Shown: positions 1 to 8,571 of the stretch, piece after piece
Numbering within the stretch: position 1 is the first letter of the stretch
Layout: the number at the start of each line of letters is the position of its first letter
Assembly (NCBI RefSeq): GCF_003945235.1
Contig: NZ_RSDW01000001.1
Location: forward strand, 2,850,001 to 2,882,000
Direction: 5' to 3'
DNA from: Edaphobacter aggregans
Lineage (GTDB): Bacteria; Acidobacteriota; Terriglobia; Terriglobales; Acidobacteriaceae
Length of the DNA stretch: 32,000 nt
Notes under the pieces: model-generated
What the model saw: the letters and a program-made list of their open reading frames with translations, nothing else
What the model was told of the DNA's origin: nothing
Database searches by the model: none
Made by a program: the position numbers and the translations under genes

Positions 1-563
1 CCCGTCGCAGGCTTAGCCATCACACCATCCAGCCCCGCACCCTCAAACCGCCTGAACCAATCCAACGCCACACTCGAATCTCGCGTCGCCGGCGTGATAT
101 GAACCGGAGGCCTCGCCCCGGCAAGCAGCCTTTCCAACTCCGCACGCCGCGCCTCAAACGGCTCTCCCCGAAGATCGCGCTCCCCTACACACAGCAGATC
201 GAAAAACACCACCGACGCTGGAATTTCTTTCGATAGCAGCTTCACTCTCGTAGCTGCGGGATGAAGCCGCAGCTGCAACGCTTCGAAGTCCAACCCGCCC
301 GCACCTGCGATTACCACCTCGCCATCCAGCACGCATTTCCCCGGCAACTGCTCACGCAGCGTCTCCACGACTTCAGGAAAGTACCGATCCAGCGGCTTCA
401 AATCGCGGCTTTGAATCTGCAGTTCATCACGATCCCGAAACACCAGCGCCCGAAATCCATCCCACTTCGGTTCGAAGATCCACGCACCTTCCGTCGGGAT
501 CTCATCCACTCGCTTGGCGAGCATCGGCGCAACCGGCGGATTTACGGGAAGCTGCACCGCCAC
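1..563 (-). CDS. ATP-dependent DNA ligase (LigC / LigD-ligase-domain type), N-terminal part; the 3' end lies beyond the left edge
   Basis: Absent from the ORF track because it runs off the window. My manual minus-strand translation reads VQLPVNPPVAPMLAKRVDEIPTEGAWIFEPKWDGFRALVFRDRDELQIQSRDLKPLDRYFPEV...SVVFFDLLCVGERDLRGEPF... KWDG (467..456) is nucleotidyltransferase motif I (KxDG, adenylated lysine). The start is uncertain: GTG 563, GTG 557 or ATG 524. Confidence 0.8.
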   Translation of the reverse strand, partial: MAVQLPVNPPVAPMLAKRVDEIPTEGAWIFEPKWDGFRALVFRDRDELQIQSRDLKPLDRYFPEVVETLREQLPGKCVLDGEVVIAGAGGLDFEALQLRLHPAATRVKLLSKEIPASVVFFDLLCVGERDLRGEPFEARRAELERLLAGARPPVHITPATRDSSVALDWFRRFEGAGLDGVMAKPAT

Positions 564-598
564 ATGGTATACCTCGCACCCATGGCGTCACGACGGCC

Positions 599-988
599 TT
601 AGCCAACATCCAGAAATCGCCGAGACAATTCCTCCAGCGTCGCCCCCGGCTCCCCACACAACCCACTATGCGCCGGCGACACCTGAATCATCGTGCTCCG
701 CGGCGAGACCAGCCAGTGAAAGCGCTCCCGCTGTGTCAGCCGCGCAATCGGTCCCGCCGAAGCATCTCCCGCTGCAATCTTCGGAATCGCCTCCAGATGT
801 TTTCGCACCAACTCCACGTCTAACTCAGGCCACAGAGCCTTCAGCCGCGCCTCATTCACCTGCACACGCGCCGCCAGAAACCGCTGCTCCAGGCAGAAGA
901 CGATTACGCCCGCATTGATGAATTCCCCTCGCTCGACACGCGGAACGACGCGGACGACGGCGTAATCAAACGAGCTCGGCACGAGCAC
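599..988 (-). CDS. DUF3037 domain protein
   Basis: The ORF 599..1105 contains FDYAVVRVVPRVERGEFINAGVIVFC, the hallmark N-terminal block of DUF3037 as I remember it. The upstream 40 codons overlap the kinase gene, so the likely start is GTG at 988 or 982. That start overlaps the kinase stop (966..968) by about 17-23 nt. Confidence 0.7.
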   Translation of the reverse strand: MLVPSSFDYAVVRVVPRVERGEFINAGVIVFCLEQRFLAARVQVNEARLKALWPELDVELVRKHLEAIPKIAAGDASAGPIARLTQRERFHWLVSPRSTMIQVSPAHSGLCGEPGATLEELSRRFLDVG

Positions 989-1793
989 GGATGGCCTCCT
1001 CGACAAAATTTCTTGAAGCCTGCAACCGCCTGACGAAGAACTCCACGTACGCGGCCCGCCGGGCAGCCACAGCTGCCACACTGCCATCAGTCCCGAGCCA
1101 CGCATCCGGCGCCTCCGCCAGAATCTCTTGAAACACCACCGGATTCAAGCGCGACCTCGCCGCCAAATCCGCCTCCTCCATGCCGGTTGCCCACGGCAGC
1201 AAAATATGGTGCCGCACATCCGCAAATGCGCCAGGGGCCTTCTGCTCTGCCGTCTGCCAATTGTGGTGAAAGAACAGCGCTGCTCCGTGGTCGATGAAGT
1301 AAAGCTTTCGGTGCCAGCAGAGCAGATTGGCGTTGCGCGGTGTGCGATCCACGTTCATCACAAACGCGTCGAACCACACTGCCATTGAAGCCGTTTGCGC
1401 GTCCGCTATATCGCCTGCTGCCGGGTCAAACATGGTTGATCCGGGCAGATAGTCCAGCGCCAGATTCTTTCCCGCACTTGCTTTCAGCAGGTCGCGGATC
1501 TCCTGATCGGGTTCGTTGCGTCCCAACGCAGCGTCTACCTCGGCAAAGACAAGCTCTGGAACACGCAGGCCTAGTGCTCGGCCGATCTCACCGGCTACTA
1601 GCTCTGCGACCAGGGCCAGGGGGCCTTGTCCGGCTCCGCGGAACTTGAGTACGTACATTCCGAGATCGTCCGCTGTCACGATTGCGGGCAGGGAACCGCC
1701 TTCCCTGAGGGCTGTGACGTACTGGGTTGCTCGAACCGTGCGGATCATTCCTTTGAGTGTAGCGGCACCAAAATGTGACATTTTTTTTGACAT
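966..1793 (-). CDS. HipA-like (HipA_C-type) Ser/Thr kinase family protein lacking the HipA N-terminal domains
   Basis: 275-aa ORF with an ATG start. FVMNVDRTPRNANLL resembles the HipA catalytic loop GNxDRHxxN. YFIDHGAALFFHH resembles the Mg-binding D-x-G segment. LKFRGAGQGPLALVAELVAGEIGRALGL resembles the nucleotide-binding N-lobe. It is translationally coupled to the DUF3037 gene. Confidence 0.7.
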   Translation of the reverse strand: MSKKMSHFGAATLKGMIRTVRATQYVTALREGGSLPAIVTADDLGMYVLKFRGAGQGPLALVAELVAGEIGRALGLRVPELVFAEVDAALGRNEPDQEIRDLLKASAGKNLALDYLPGSTMFDPAAGDIADAQTASMAVWFDAFVMNVDRTPRNANLLCWHRKLYFIDHGAALFFHHNWQTAEQKAPGAFADVRHHILLPWATGMEEADLAARSRLNPVVFQEILAEAPDAWLGTDGSVAAVAARRAAYVEFFVRRLQASRNFVEEAIRARAELV

Positions 1794-1846
1794 GGTTTTT
1801 GGTGTGGTTTTTTGCGAAAAATGGGCGTAGTTTGTGGTTTTTGGTG
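1793..1846. repeat. Two exact copies of TGGTTTTTGGTG (1793..1804 and 1835..1846) in the kinase leader, with related GGTTTTTT(G) motifs at about 1805 and about 1893
   Basis: Read directly. On the kinase sense strand the motif is CACCAAAAACCA, and the first copy abuts or overlaps the ATG (1793..1791). The region 1794..1997 is visibly T/G-rich and lower in GC than the genes. Confidence 0.6.
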
Positions 1847-2024
1847 GTTACTAAGCGGTAAAAAGTGTGGCTAGGATGGTTAGCGGACGGCTTGTTTTTT
1901 GGTTCCCCTCCGACTCTGTAGGTCCAAAATCCACGGCTTTGGTCCCTGCGATTGAGAGAAGGATAGGTCTAACCTTATCTCCTTCTATTCTCGTATTTTG
2001 CATCCAAGATCCCTAGAGGACCCT

Positions 2025-2534
2025 ATGGCCATCGCCGAAGACATCGCCGCAATCATCCGTCAGGAGACCGAACTCCGCCTCCCCAGCTTCGACAACGACA
2101 CGGCGTGGACCCTTGGCCTCGTCCTTCGCGATCTCGCCCTTTCCCGCAACCACGCCATCGTCATCGATATCCGCCGCTTCGGCCAGCCTTATCAGCCGCT
2201 CTTCTATACCGCCCTCTCCGGCACCACGCCTGACAACGCTCGCTGGGTCCAACGAAAGTCCAACGTCGTCGCCCGCTTCCACCGCAGCTCCTACTACATT
2301 GGCCGCTATCTCGAGCAGAACAAGCTCACTTTCTCCGACCGCTACGGCCTTCCTGACGCCGACTATGCTGCTCACGGAGGCAGCTTTCCGCTGCACGTCG
2401 CCGGAGCGGGCATCGTTGGCAGCGTCACCGTCTCCGGCCTCCCCCAGCGAGAAGATCACAACTTCGTCGTCGAGGCCCTCTGCCTTCACCTTGGCCGCGA
2501 CCACGACTCCCTCCGCCTGCCAAACCTTCCGTAA
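2025..2534 (+). CDS. UPF0303 / heme-degrading-domain (GlcG/HbpS-like) protein
   Basis: The ORF 1998..2534 starts at TTG. ATG at 2025 ([10 protein letters not shown]...) is the more likely start. Strong resemblance to UPF0303 proteins: [61 protein letters not shown]. Confidence 0.85.
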   Translation: MAIAEDIAAIIRQETELRLPSFDNDTAWTLGLVLRDLALSRNHAIVIDIRRFGQPYQPLFYTALSGTTPDNARWVQRKSNVVARFHRSSYYIGRYLEQNKLTFSDRYGLPDADYAAHGGSFPLHVAGAGIVGSVTVSGLPQREDHNFVVEALCLHLGRDHDSLRLPNLP

Positions 2535-2629
2535 CCTTCAACATACAAATCCGGAGCGACAAACTCCCCGCAAACGTGCTTTTATAGTCCATCCCTATCG
2601 TTCCTGCGGTTAGTTTCAGGAGTTCGTCT

Positions 2630-3916
2630 ATGTGTCATCCGTGGTGCAGAGCCATCCTCTGTATCTCTGTAGCTCTTGTTGGCTGCGGCAGAGGTGTGGT
2701 CGGCACCGCCCCATCGATTGCAACCGTCGAGGGTCCTACAGCTTTGAACTCTCCCATCCAGCATGTTGTCATCATCATGCAGGAGAACCGCACTTTCGAT
2801 AACCTCTTCAACGCCTATCCTGGCGCAGACACGGTTCAGACCGGCATGAGCAATGGGCAGCCCATTGCCTTGCAACCCGTATCCCTGGCCGACCCCAGAG
2901 ACCTGGGCCACAACCATACCGACTGGTGGCAGCACTGGAACAATGGCAAGATGGACGGCTTCGCGCAGGGCCGCGCAAGCGATCCTTATCTTCCCTACTC
3001 CTATGTTCCGCAAAGCGACGTCGCCCCCTATTGGGCTCTGGCTTCGCAGTTCACACTGGGCGATCGCATGTTCCAGTCCAACACCGGCCCGAGCTTTGTC
3101 GCTCACCAATATATGATCGCCGGCCAATCCGGCCTGGCCTCGGAGAATCCTTCCGGCGCTGTCTGGGGTTGCGACGCAGACGCAAGCTCACGCGTCGCGT
3201 TGATCGGCCCCAACGGAACGGATCTTCCTGGGGTGTATCCATGCTTCGACTACAAGACCATGGCCGATCTTCTCGACGCCAAGGCAATCAGCTGGCGCTA
3301 CTACGCCCCCGGCAAAGACGACGACAACTTCTTTATCCTCTCGGCCTTCCAGGCCATTCGACATATCCGCTTCGGTTCGGACTGGAACTCCAACGTCAGC
3401 TCCCCCGAGACACAAGTCTTTAGCGACATCAAGAGCGGACAACTGGCGCAGGTTACCTGGATCATCCCATCCTTTGCCCACTCCGATCACCCGGGCTCGA
3501 CGAATGAGGGCCCTGACTGGGTTGCGTCTATCGTCAATGCCATCGGCGCAAGCCCGTACTGGAACTCAACCGCCATCTTCATCTCCTGGGACGACTGGGG
3601 CGGCTGGTACGATCACGTCGATCCGCCCCAGATCGACATGATGGGGCTTGGCTTCCGCGTCCCTGTTCTTGTGGTCTCGCCTTACGCACGCAAAGGGTAT
3701 GTCTCGCACCAGGTGCATGAAGCCAGCGGCTTCCTTGCTTATATCGAGAATATCTTTGGGCTCCCGAACCTCGGCGCGCGCGATGTCCTCGCCGACAATT
3801 TTTCCGATTGCTTCGACTACACCCAAATGCCTCGTCCTTACGTCCAGGTGCATACCGAACACACGCCTGAATTCATGATTAGAGAAAAGGCCTCTGGGCC
3901 GCCGGACGACGACTAG
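2630..3916 (+). CDS. Phosphoesterase family lipoprotein (phospholipase C / AcpA acid phosphatase family, PF04185-like)
   Basis: AGGAG lies 8 nt upstream of the ATG. Lipobox ISVALVGC. HVVIIMQENRTFDNLFNAYPG is the signature N-terminal block of the family. The C-terminal FRVPVLVVSPYARKGYVSH block also fits. Confidence 0.85.
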   Translation: MCHPWCRAILCISVALVGCGRGVVGTAPSIATVEGPTALNSPIQHVVIIMQENRTFDNLFNAYPGADTVQTGMSNGQPIALQPVSLADPRDLGHNHTDWWQHWNNGKMDGFAQGRASDPYLPYSYVPQSDVAPYWALASQFTLGDRMFQSNTGPSFVAHQYMIAGQSGLASENPSGAVWGCDADASSRVALIGPNGTDLPGVYPCFDYKTMADLLDAKAISWRYYAPGKDDDNFFILSAFQAIRHIRFGSDWNSNVSSPETQVFSDIKSGQLAQVTWIIPSFAHSDHPGSTNEGPDWVASIVNAIGASPYWNSTAIFISWDDWGGWYDHVDPPQIDMMGLGFRVPVLVVSPYARKGYVSHQVHEASGFLAYIENIFGLPNLGARDVLADNFSDCFDYTQMPRPYVQVHTEHTPEFMIREKASGPPDDD

Positions 3917-3969
3917 ACAGACACAGACAACAACGAAATCGCTTTTGCATATCCGTGTTGCAGGCTCTC

Positions 3970-4677
3970 ATGAATCATCTTTTCGAATACCTCTCGCAGA
4001 ATCTCCACGCAACTCTGAACACTTTGGTTTGGGCGTTGAGTCTCGTGCTGCAATGCATTCTCTTCGCGCTTCTCTTCAGCCGTGGGATTGCCCGAAGATT
4101 TCCTTTTTTCGCCAGCCTCATTGGCTTATACATTCTTCGCTCGGCCGTCCTGTTCCTGATCTTCAATCACGTGAGTCCAAGCAACTACACTGGCCTTCGC
4201 AACCTGCTGCTGTTGCTGGAGATTATCGTCCAAATTTGCGTGGCCGTTGAACTCACCCTTCCTCTCGCTCGCCAGCGAGGCGGCTGGTCGGTTCGTCAGG
4301 GCCTGCTCCTTCTGGGACTTCTCTGGACCGCTGGACTCTGCACCTTCCTCGCAACAGCAATACTTCCACCGCACGCACCTCTCCGCGCCGACCGCAGCCA
4401 GCTCTTCTTCTCTTTTTTCATGATCTTCCTTTGCGCCTGGGCCTATCGTCCACGTGCATTCGGCTCTCTTGCGCGCCGCATCATCTCGGGAGTCGCCCTC
4501 TACGGTATCGTCAACATCGCCGCCAATATCGGACGAATCAATGCAGCAGCCGACAAACTGCCGCGAGTTTATGCCGCCTGGTCGTACGCTCTTGTGGCAA
4601 TCTATCTCATCGTCGTCGTCCTATGGCTCGCTACCTTGAGAATGCCTCCGGACAGATCATTGTCCGCCCCACTCTAG
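3970..4677 (+). CDS. Hypothetical polytopic (about 7 TM) membrane protein, paralogue A
   Basis: The ORF 3955..4677 starts at GTG. ATG 3970 aligns residue-for-residue with paralogue B (both have 21 aa before a conserved W). I count seven hydrophobic segments by eye. No family recognised. Confidence 0.6.
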   Translation: MNHLFEYLSQNLHATLNTLVWALSLVLQCILFALLFSRGIARRFPFFASLIGLYILRSAVLFLIFNHVSPSNYTGLRNLLLLLEIIVQICVAVELTLPLARQRGGWSVRQGLLLLGLLWTAGLCTFLATAILPPHAPLRADRSQLFFSFFMIFLCAWAYRPRAFGSLARRIISGVALYGIVNIAANIGRINAAADKLPRVYAAWSYALVAIYLIVVVLWLATLRMPPDRSLSAPL

Positions 4678-4783
4678 GCAGTGAGTTTTCCTCGCCCTAT
4701 CCGGCTACAAATATTGTTCAGTTCGCCCACAATTCAATTTGCAATCTCTGGAAAACTCTCGAAATCAGGCTCATACTCATCCC

Positions 4784-5500
4784 ATGCACCAGCTCCCCGA
4801 GCTTATGGCGCAGACGACCCACACAGCCTTCTATCTGCTGATGTGGTCCGTCAGTCTTCTGCTTCAGTTGACTCTCTTTGTCTCGCTGTTCTCTCGCAGT
4901 GTGGCGCGCTTCGCTCCCTTCTTCACGAACTTTATCGGCTTCTATCTGCTGCGGTCCGTCGTGCTCTTCTTTATCCTGAACCCCGCCAGTGCGGCCACCT
5001 ACTCGCGGCTCTATAACTTCTTTCTGGTGCTGGATGTGCTGGTGCAATTCTGTGTCGCCGCCGAACTGACGCGCCATCTCGCCACGACCCACGGGGGATG
5101 GACTCGCCGCAACATCGTGGTGCCTGTCGTCTTTCTTTGCGCCACAGCTATCTGCACATACATTACGATCCAGTTAGCTCCTCATGCAGAAGTTCGGGTC
5201 GATCCCAGTCTCATCGCCTTTTCGTACTACATGATCTTTCTCTGGCTCTGGACGTTCGCTCTCCACGAGACCACGGCAGTCGGCCGCAGCGTCGCCCAAG
5301 GTTTCGCTATCTACAGCATCATCAGTATTGTTGCCAACATCGGCCGCACCTCCGCCATGTTCGTCGACCATCCGCGGAGCTACGCCGCCTGGACCTATGT
5401 GTTGGCCGGAGGCTACTTGGTCGTCGTCATCTTCTGGCTCGGCACTCTCAGGCCCAACCGCGAGAAGCTCGTTCCCAAGCCATTGAAGACAACCATTTGA
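4784..5500 (+). CDS. Hypothetical polytopic (about 7 TM) membrane protein, paralogue B
   Basis: The ORF 4739..5500 starts at TTG; ATG 4784 is preferred. It is collinear with paralogue A. Shared blocks: LFSRxxARxxPFFxxxIGxYxLRSxVLFxIxN, QxCVAxELT, GGW, (F/Y)MIFL, ANIGR, YAAWxYxL, WLxTLR. Confidence 0.6.
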   Translation: MHQLPELMAQTTHTAFYLLMWSVSLLLQLTLFVSLFSRSVARFAPFFTNFIGFYLLRSVVLFFILNPASAATYSRLYNFFLVLDVLVQFCVAAELTRHLATTHGGWTRRNIVVPVVFLCATAICTYITIQLAPHAEVRVDPSLIAFSYYMIFLWLWTFALHETTAVGRSVAQGFAIYSIISIVANIGRTSAMFVDHPRSYAAWTYVLAGGYLVVVIFWLGTLRPNREKLVPKPLKTTI

Positions 5501-5572
5501 CACCCGATGTATCCTATTCAGGAGAGGTAAAACGATGAAGGGTACCGACGTCCTCTAAAAAATCCAAGAGAT

Positions 5573-6919
5573 CTAAGCACCCGGTCTCTTAAACGAATCC
5601 ATGTAAGCCTTGATCTCTTCTCGATAAGCGATCAGGGCTTCTTTCATTTTGGCGATGTCCTTGTCGTGCCCGCTGGGATACTGGTCCTCCTTCACCTCGG
5701 CGAGCGTGAAGTCGGTTGGCTCCTCGTACCAGTCGCGGTCGAACGGCCGGTTGGCCTCAAAGTAGATGGTCGCCTGCATGATCGCCGCGAGATGGGTGTA
5801 TCGGTAGAAGTCCTGCGTCGGATCGGGCTCCTGATTGAGACTGAGGTTCCATGTGCGGAATCTCTCTTCGACCTCGCGCAGTGCAACCGACTCCTTCAGA
5901 AGAAAGTTGAACTGCTTGTACGTCGTATCGACCGTCATCTTTTCCAGCGCCGCATCCATGTACGAACGCCCGATATGCTTCTCGCTGCCGAGGATTATCA
6001 CCTTCCAGGCGAGCGATGCTACTTTCTCGCCCTTGCGGCTCTTGAAGAAGAGCTGTCCTTTTTTTCTGCGTAGCAGATCCATTCGCAACAGTAGGAATAG
6101 GTATTCGAACAGCAGGCGGTTCATCTTCTTCGCCTCCGCGTCGTCGGGCACCATCTGCGGCTTCTCGATGCGGAACTGGTCGATCATTCGCAGGCTGCGC
6201 ACGATGGGCAGATAGTACTTCTCCGACAGCGCGTAAAACTGCGGCAGAATCGTCTTCCATATCTCCTGCCGTCGCGACTCTATTCCCGCCTTCGTCTTCG
6301 AGTCTTCATCACGCCGTATCTGCCATCGCTGAAACCAAAGGCCGAGGACGCCCAGGATAAGAGGCAATGTGAAGAACGAGACGATTCGCCGGATAAAGAG
6401 ATACCGCCGTTCCCTCGCCTCATCGCGTAGTGTGATCGGGCTTGTCGCAATGGTGCCTTCGTGCACCACGTTCTGCTGATCTGTCACCTGGTAGCGAACG
6501 GTTACGCGGAATCTGCCGCGATTCGTCGAGGGCGCCAGGTCGATAGGCTCTGTTTCGACCGAGTCGCCTTTCGCCAGCACAGAACTCTTCAGCTTCAGCG
6601 GCTTGTACCAGAACCCCGGCTCCTGTGCGTCGATGATCTTCAGATCACGCAGCGGCTGGTCCGTGCCGTTTTCGAACCGCAGCACCAGCCGGGCGGTCTC
6701 ACGGCTTTCGACGACACTCTCGTTCACCCACATCCGCACCAGAAGGCCCTTCAGGCCCGAAGGAGATGCCGTGGCCACCACTGCGCTCTGCTGCGTCTCC
6801 ATGGCACGTGGAGGAAAGCTATACGTCAGCCTGAGAACGAAATACACGAGCATCAGTACGACGCCAGTCAATGCGCATAGGAGAAAGCTGCGTACGTATT
6901 TCTTCGTTGTCGGATTCAT
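5573..6919 (-). CDS. Hypothetical 2-TM protein: predicted extracytoplasmic beta-rich domain plus a cytoplasmic helical domain of about 250 aa
   Basis: ORF 5573..6973. The internal ATG at 6919 (MNPTTKKYVRSF...) sits just before TM1 (FLLCALTGVVLMLVYFVLRL). TM2 is IVSFFTLPLILGVLGLWF. No motif recognised. GC is somewhat lower than in neighbouring genes (sampled lines about 47-60%). Confidence 0.55.
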   Translation of the reverse strand: MNPTTKKYVRSFLLCALTGVVLMLVYFVLRLTYSFPPRAMETQQSAVVATASPSGLKGLLVRMWVNESVVESRETARLVLRFENGTDQPLRDLKIIDAQEPGFWYKPLKLKSSVLAKGDSVETEPIDLAPSTNRGRFRVTVRYQVTDQQNVVHEGTIATSPITLRDEARERRYLFIRRIVSFFTLPLILGVLGLWFQRWQIRRDEDSKTKAGIESRRQEIWKTILPQFYALSEKYYLPIVRSLRMIDQFRIEKPQMVPDDAEAKKMNRLLFEYLFLLLRMDLLRRKKGQLFFKSRKGEKVASLAWKVIILGSEKHIGRSYMDAALEKMTVDTTYKQFNFLLKESVALREVEERFRTWNLSLNQEPDPTQDFYRYTHLAAIMQATIYFEANRPFDRDWYEEPTDFTLAEVKEDQYPSGHDKDIAKMKEALIAYREEIKAYMDSFKRPGA

Positions 6920-7042
6920 CTCGGTCGCACGATCGCAAGACGTAAGGGCCCGGTTTCGACTGCAGCAATGCACCCCAGTCTATGTCACCCTTCACGTTTT
7001 CAAAACATCCGCGTCATGGCATCGCTGTGATACCGTTCGGCC

Positions 7043-8500
7043 ATGCGTCTTTCCGCGAGCCTTCTTCTCACCGCCGCCCTCGTTTCGAGCGCCTTTGCAC
7101 AAGCTCCCGTGTCGCCCGACACCCGCGCCGCTGTCGGCCAGCTCGTCGGCGACATTATGGTCAGCGGCAAGGCCTATGACTACGACCGCCAGTTAGCCGA
7201 CGACATCGGCCCCCGCCTCACCGGCTCAGACAACTACGTTCATGCCGTCTCCTGGGCGGTCGATCAGTTCAAGTCGCTCGGCCTTACCAACGTCCACACT
7301 GAGCCGTTCACCATGCCCGCCCTTTGGGAGCCCGAGGTCGCCGCCACCGGCAAGATCCTTGAGCCACGTCTCCAGACGCTTCACATTTACTCCATCGGCT
7401 GGAGTCCCTCCACTCCCGAAGGCGGTATCAAGGGCAATGTCATCTACCTTCCGCAACTGACGAACGAAGCCCTCGATGCCCAGAGGGACAAGCTCCGCGG
7501 CAATATCATCCTCTTCGACTTGGCCAGCCTCGGCGAGCAGCCCACGATCACCCAGATTCTCAAATCGCTGGCCCACCTCAACGATTTTGCCGCCCAGGCC
7601 ATCCTGTTTGTTGGGGGCCCCAATGGCAGCGAGTCGGCCACAGCCTTCACCTTCGACGGCACCATCTCCCCCATCCCAATCGCGCAGATTGGCCGCGAAG
7701 ATGAGCTCCTCATCAAACGCATGCTCGAGCACGGCCCCGTCACCGTGCAGTTCTCCTTCAAGAACCGCATTCGCCCCACCACGCAGGTCAACAACGTCAT
7801 CGCAGAGATTCCGGGCCGCGAGCTGCCGAACGAGGTCGTCATTGTCGCCGGCCACCTTGACTCCTGGCACCCCGCCACCGGCGCGCAAGACAACGGCACC
7901 GGCGCCGCCACCGTCATTGAAGTTGCCCGCGCCATCAAGGCCACTGGACGCCCGCCTCGGCGCACCATGCGCTTCATTCTCTTTGGCGGCGAAGAGCAGG
8001 GCATCCTCGGGTCAACTTCTTATGTGAAACATCACCTCGCGGACATGCCGAGCATCGCTGCTGTGCTGATCTCCGACACCGGCGCGCAACCCGCGAAAGG
8101 CTGGTATGTGATGGGCCGCGACGACGAGCAGAAGGCTCTTACCAACATTGAGCCGCTGCTGACCGGCCTCGGCTCCGACAAGACGACCACCAGCACGGAG
8201 TTCCTCTTCCAGACCGACCATATCGCCTTCGATCTGCTGGGAGTCCCCACCCTCGTGCTGTGGAACGACACGGATAAGTACTTCAAGCTGCACCACAAGG
8301 CGTCGGACTCGTTCGACTCCGTGGTGCAGGCTGACCTGAACCAGGGCGTCGCCACGACTGCCGTCACCGCTTATGCCATTGCGGATTCAGCGCAGTCTTT
8401 CGCTCCTCACTACACGCACGCACAGATCGAAGAGATGCTCAAAGATGCCAAGCAGTTCGACGATTACGAATACTTCAAATCCGCCGGTATCTTCCCGTGA
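7043..8500 (+). CDS. Secreted M28 family metallopeptidase (aminopeptidase with PA-like insert)
   Basis: Signal peptide MRLSASLLLTAALVSSAFAQA. Zinc-ligand blocks GHLDSWHPATGAQDNGTGAATVIEVARA and RFILFGGEEQGILGS are typical of M28. Confidence 0.9.
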   Translation: MRLSASLLLTAALVSSAFAQAPVSPDTRAAVGQLVGDIMVSGKAYDYDRQLADDIGPRLTGSDNYVHAVSWAVDQFKSLGLTNVHTEPFTMPALWEPEVAATGKILEPRLQTLHIYSIGWSPSTPEGGIKGNVIYLPQLTNEALDAQRDKLRGNIILFDLASLGEQPTITQILKSLAHLNDFAAQAILFVGGPNGSESATAFTFDGTISPIPIAQIGREDELLIKRMLEHGPVTVQFSFKNRIRPTTQVNNVIAEIPGRELPNEVVIVAGHLDSWHPATGAQDNGTGAATVIEVARAIKATGRPPRRTMRFILFGGEEQGILGSTSYVKHHLADMPSIAAVLISDTGAQPAKGWYVMGRDDEQKALTNIEPLLTGLGSDKTTTSTEFLFQTDHIAFDLLGVPTLVLWNDTDKYFKLHHKASDSFDSVVQADLNQGVATTAVTAYAIADSAQSFAPHYTHAQIEEMLKDAKQFDDYEYFKSAGIFP

Positions 8501-8571
8501 GGAGCCCAGACGTTATTTGCACAACTGCGCTCTTCACGTCGATCTAAGGCGACGCAGATAGATTTCCTTCT

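Noticed and set aside
261-918. Plus-strand ORFs 261..602 and 514..918
   Set aside because: They are antisense to the manually translated DNA ligase (KWDG motif) and to the DUF3037 gene, and their translations are low complexity.
5521-5558. Mini-ORF MKGTDVL (5535..5558) with a strong AGGAGAGG 7 nt upstream, in the convergent spacer. The stretch also carries GGTACC, GACGTC and AGATCT sites
   Set aside because: Seven codons cannot be assessed for conservation here. The location is a tail-to-tail spacer where a promoter is unlikely. The restriction-site cluster is most simply chance. Noted only as a curiosity.
7226-8004. Long antisense ORFs inside the M28 peptidase gene (7226..7888 and 7444..8004). 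The same class occurs elsewhere, e.g. 2013..2504, 10366..11001, 21448..22125, 22865..23803, 23816..24844, 15641..16447
   Set aside because: These are typical high-GC shadow ORFs. Their translations are R/G/A/P-rich low complexity, they overlap genes with clear family signatures on the other strand or frame, and they have no motifs of their own.
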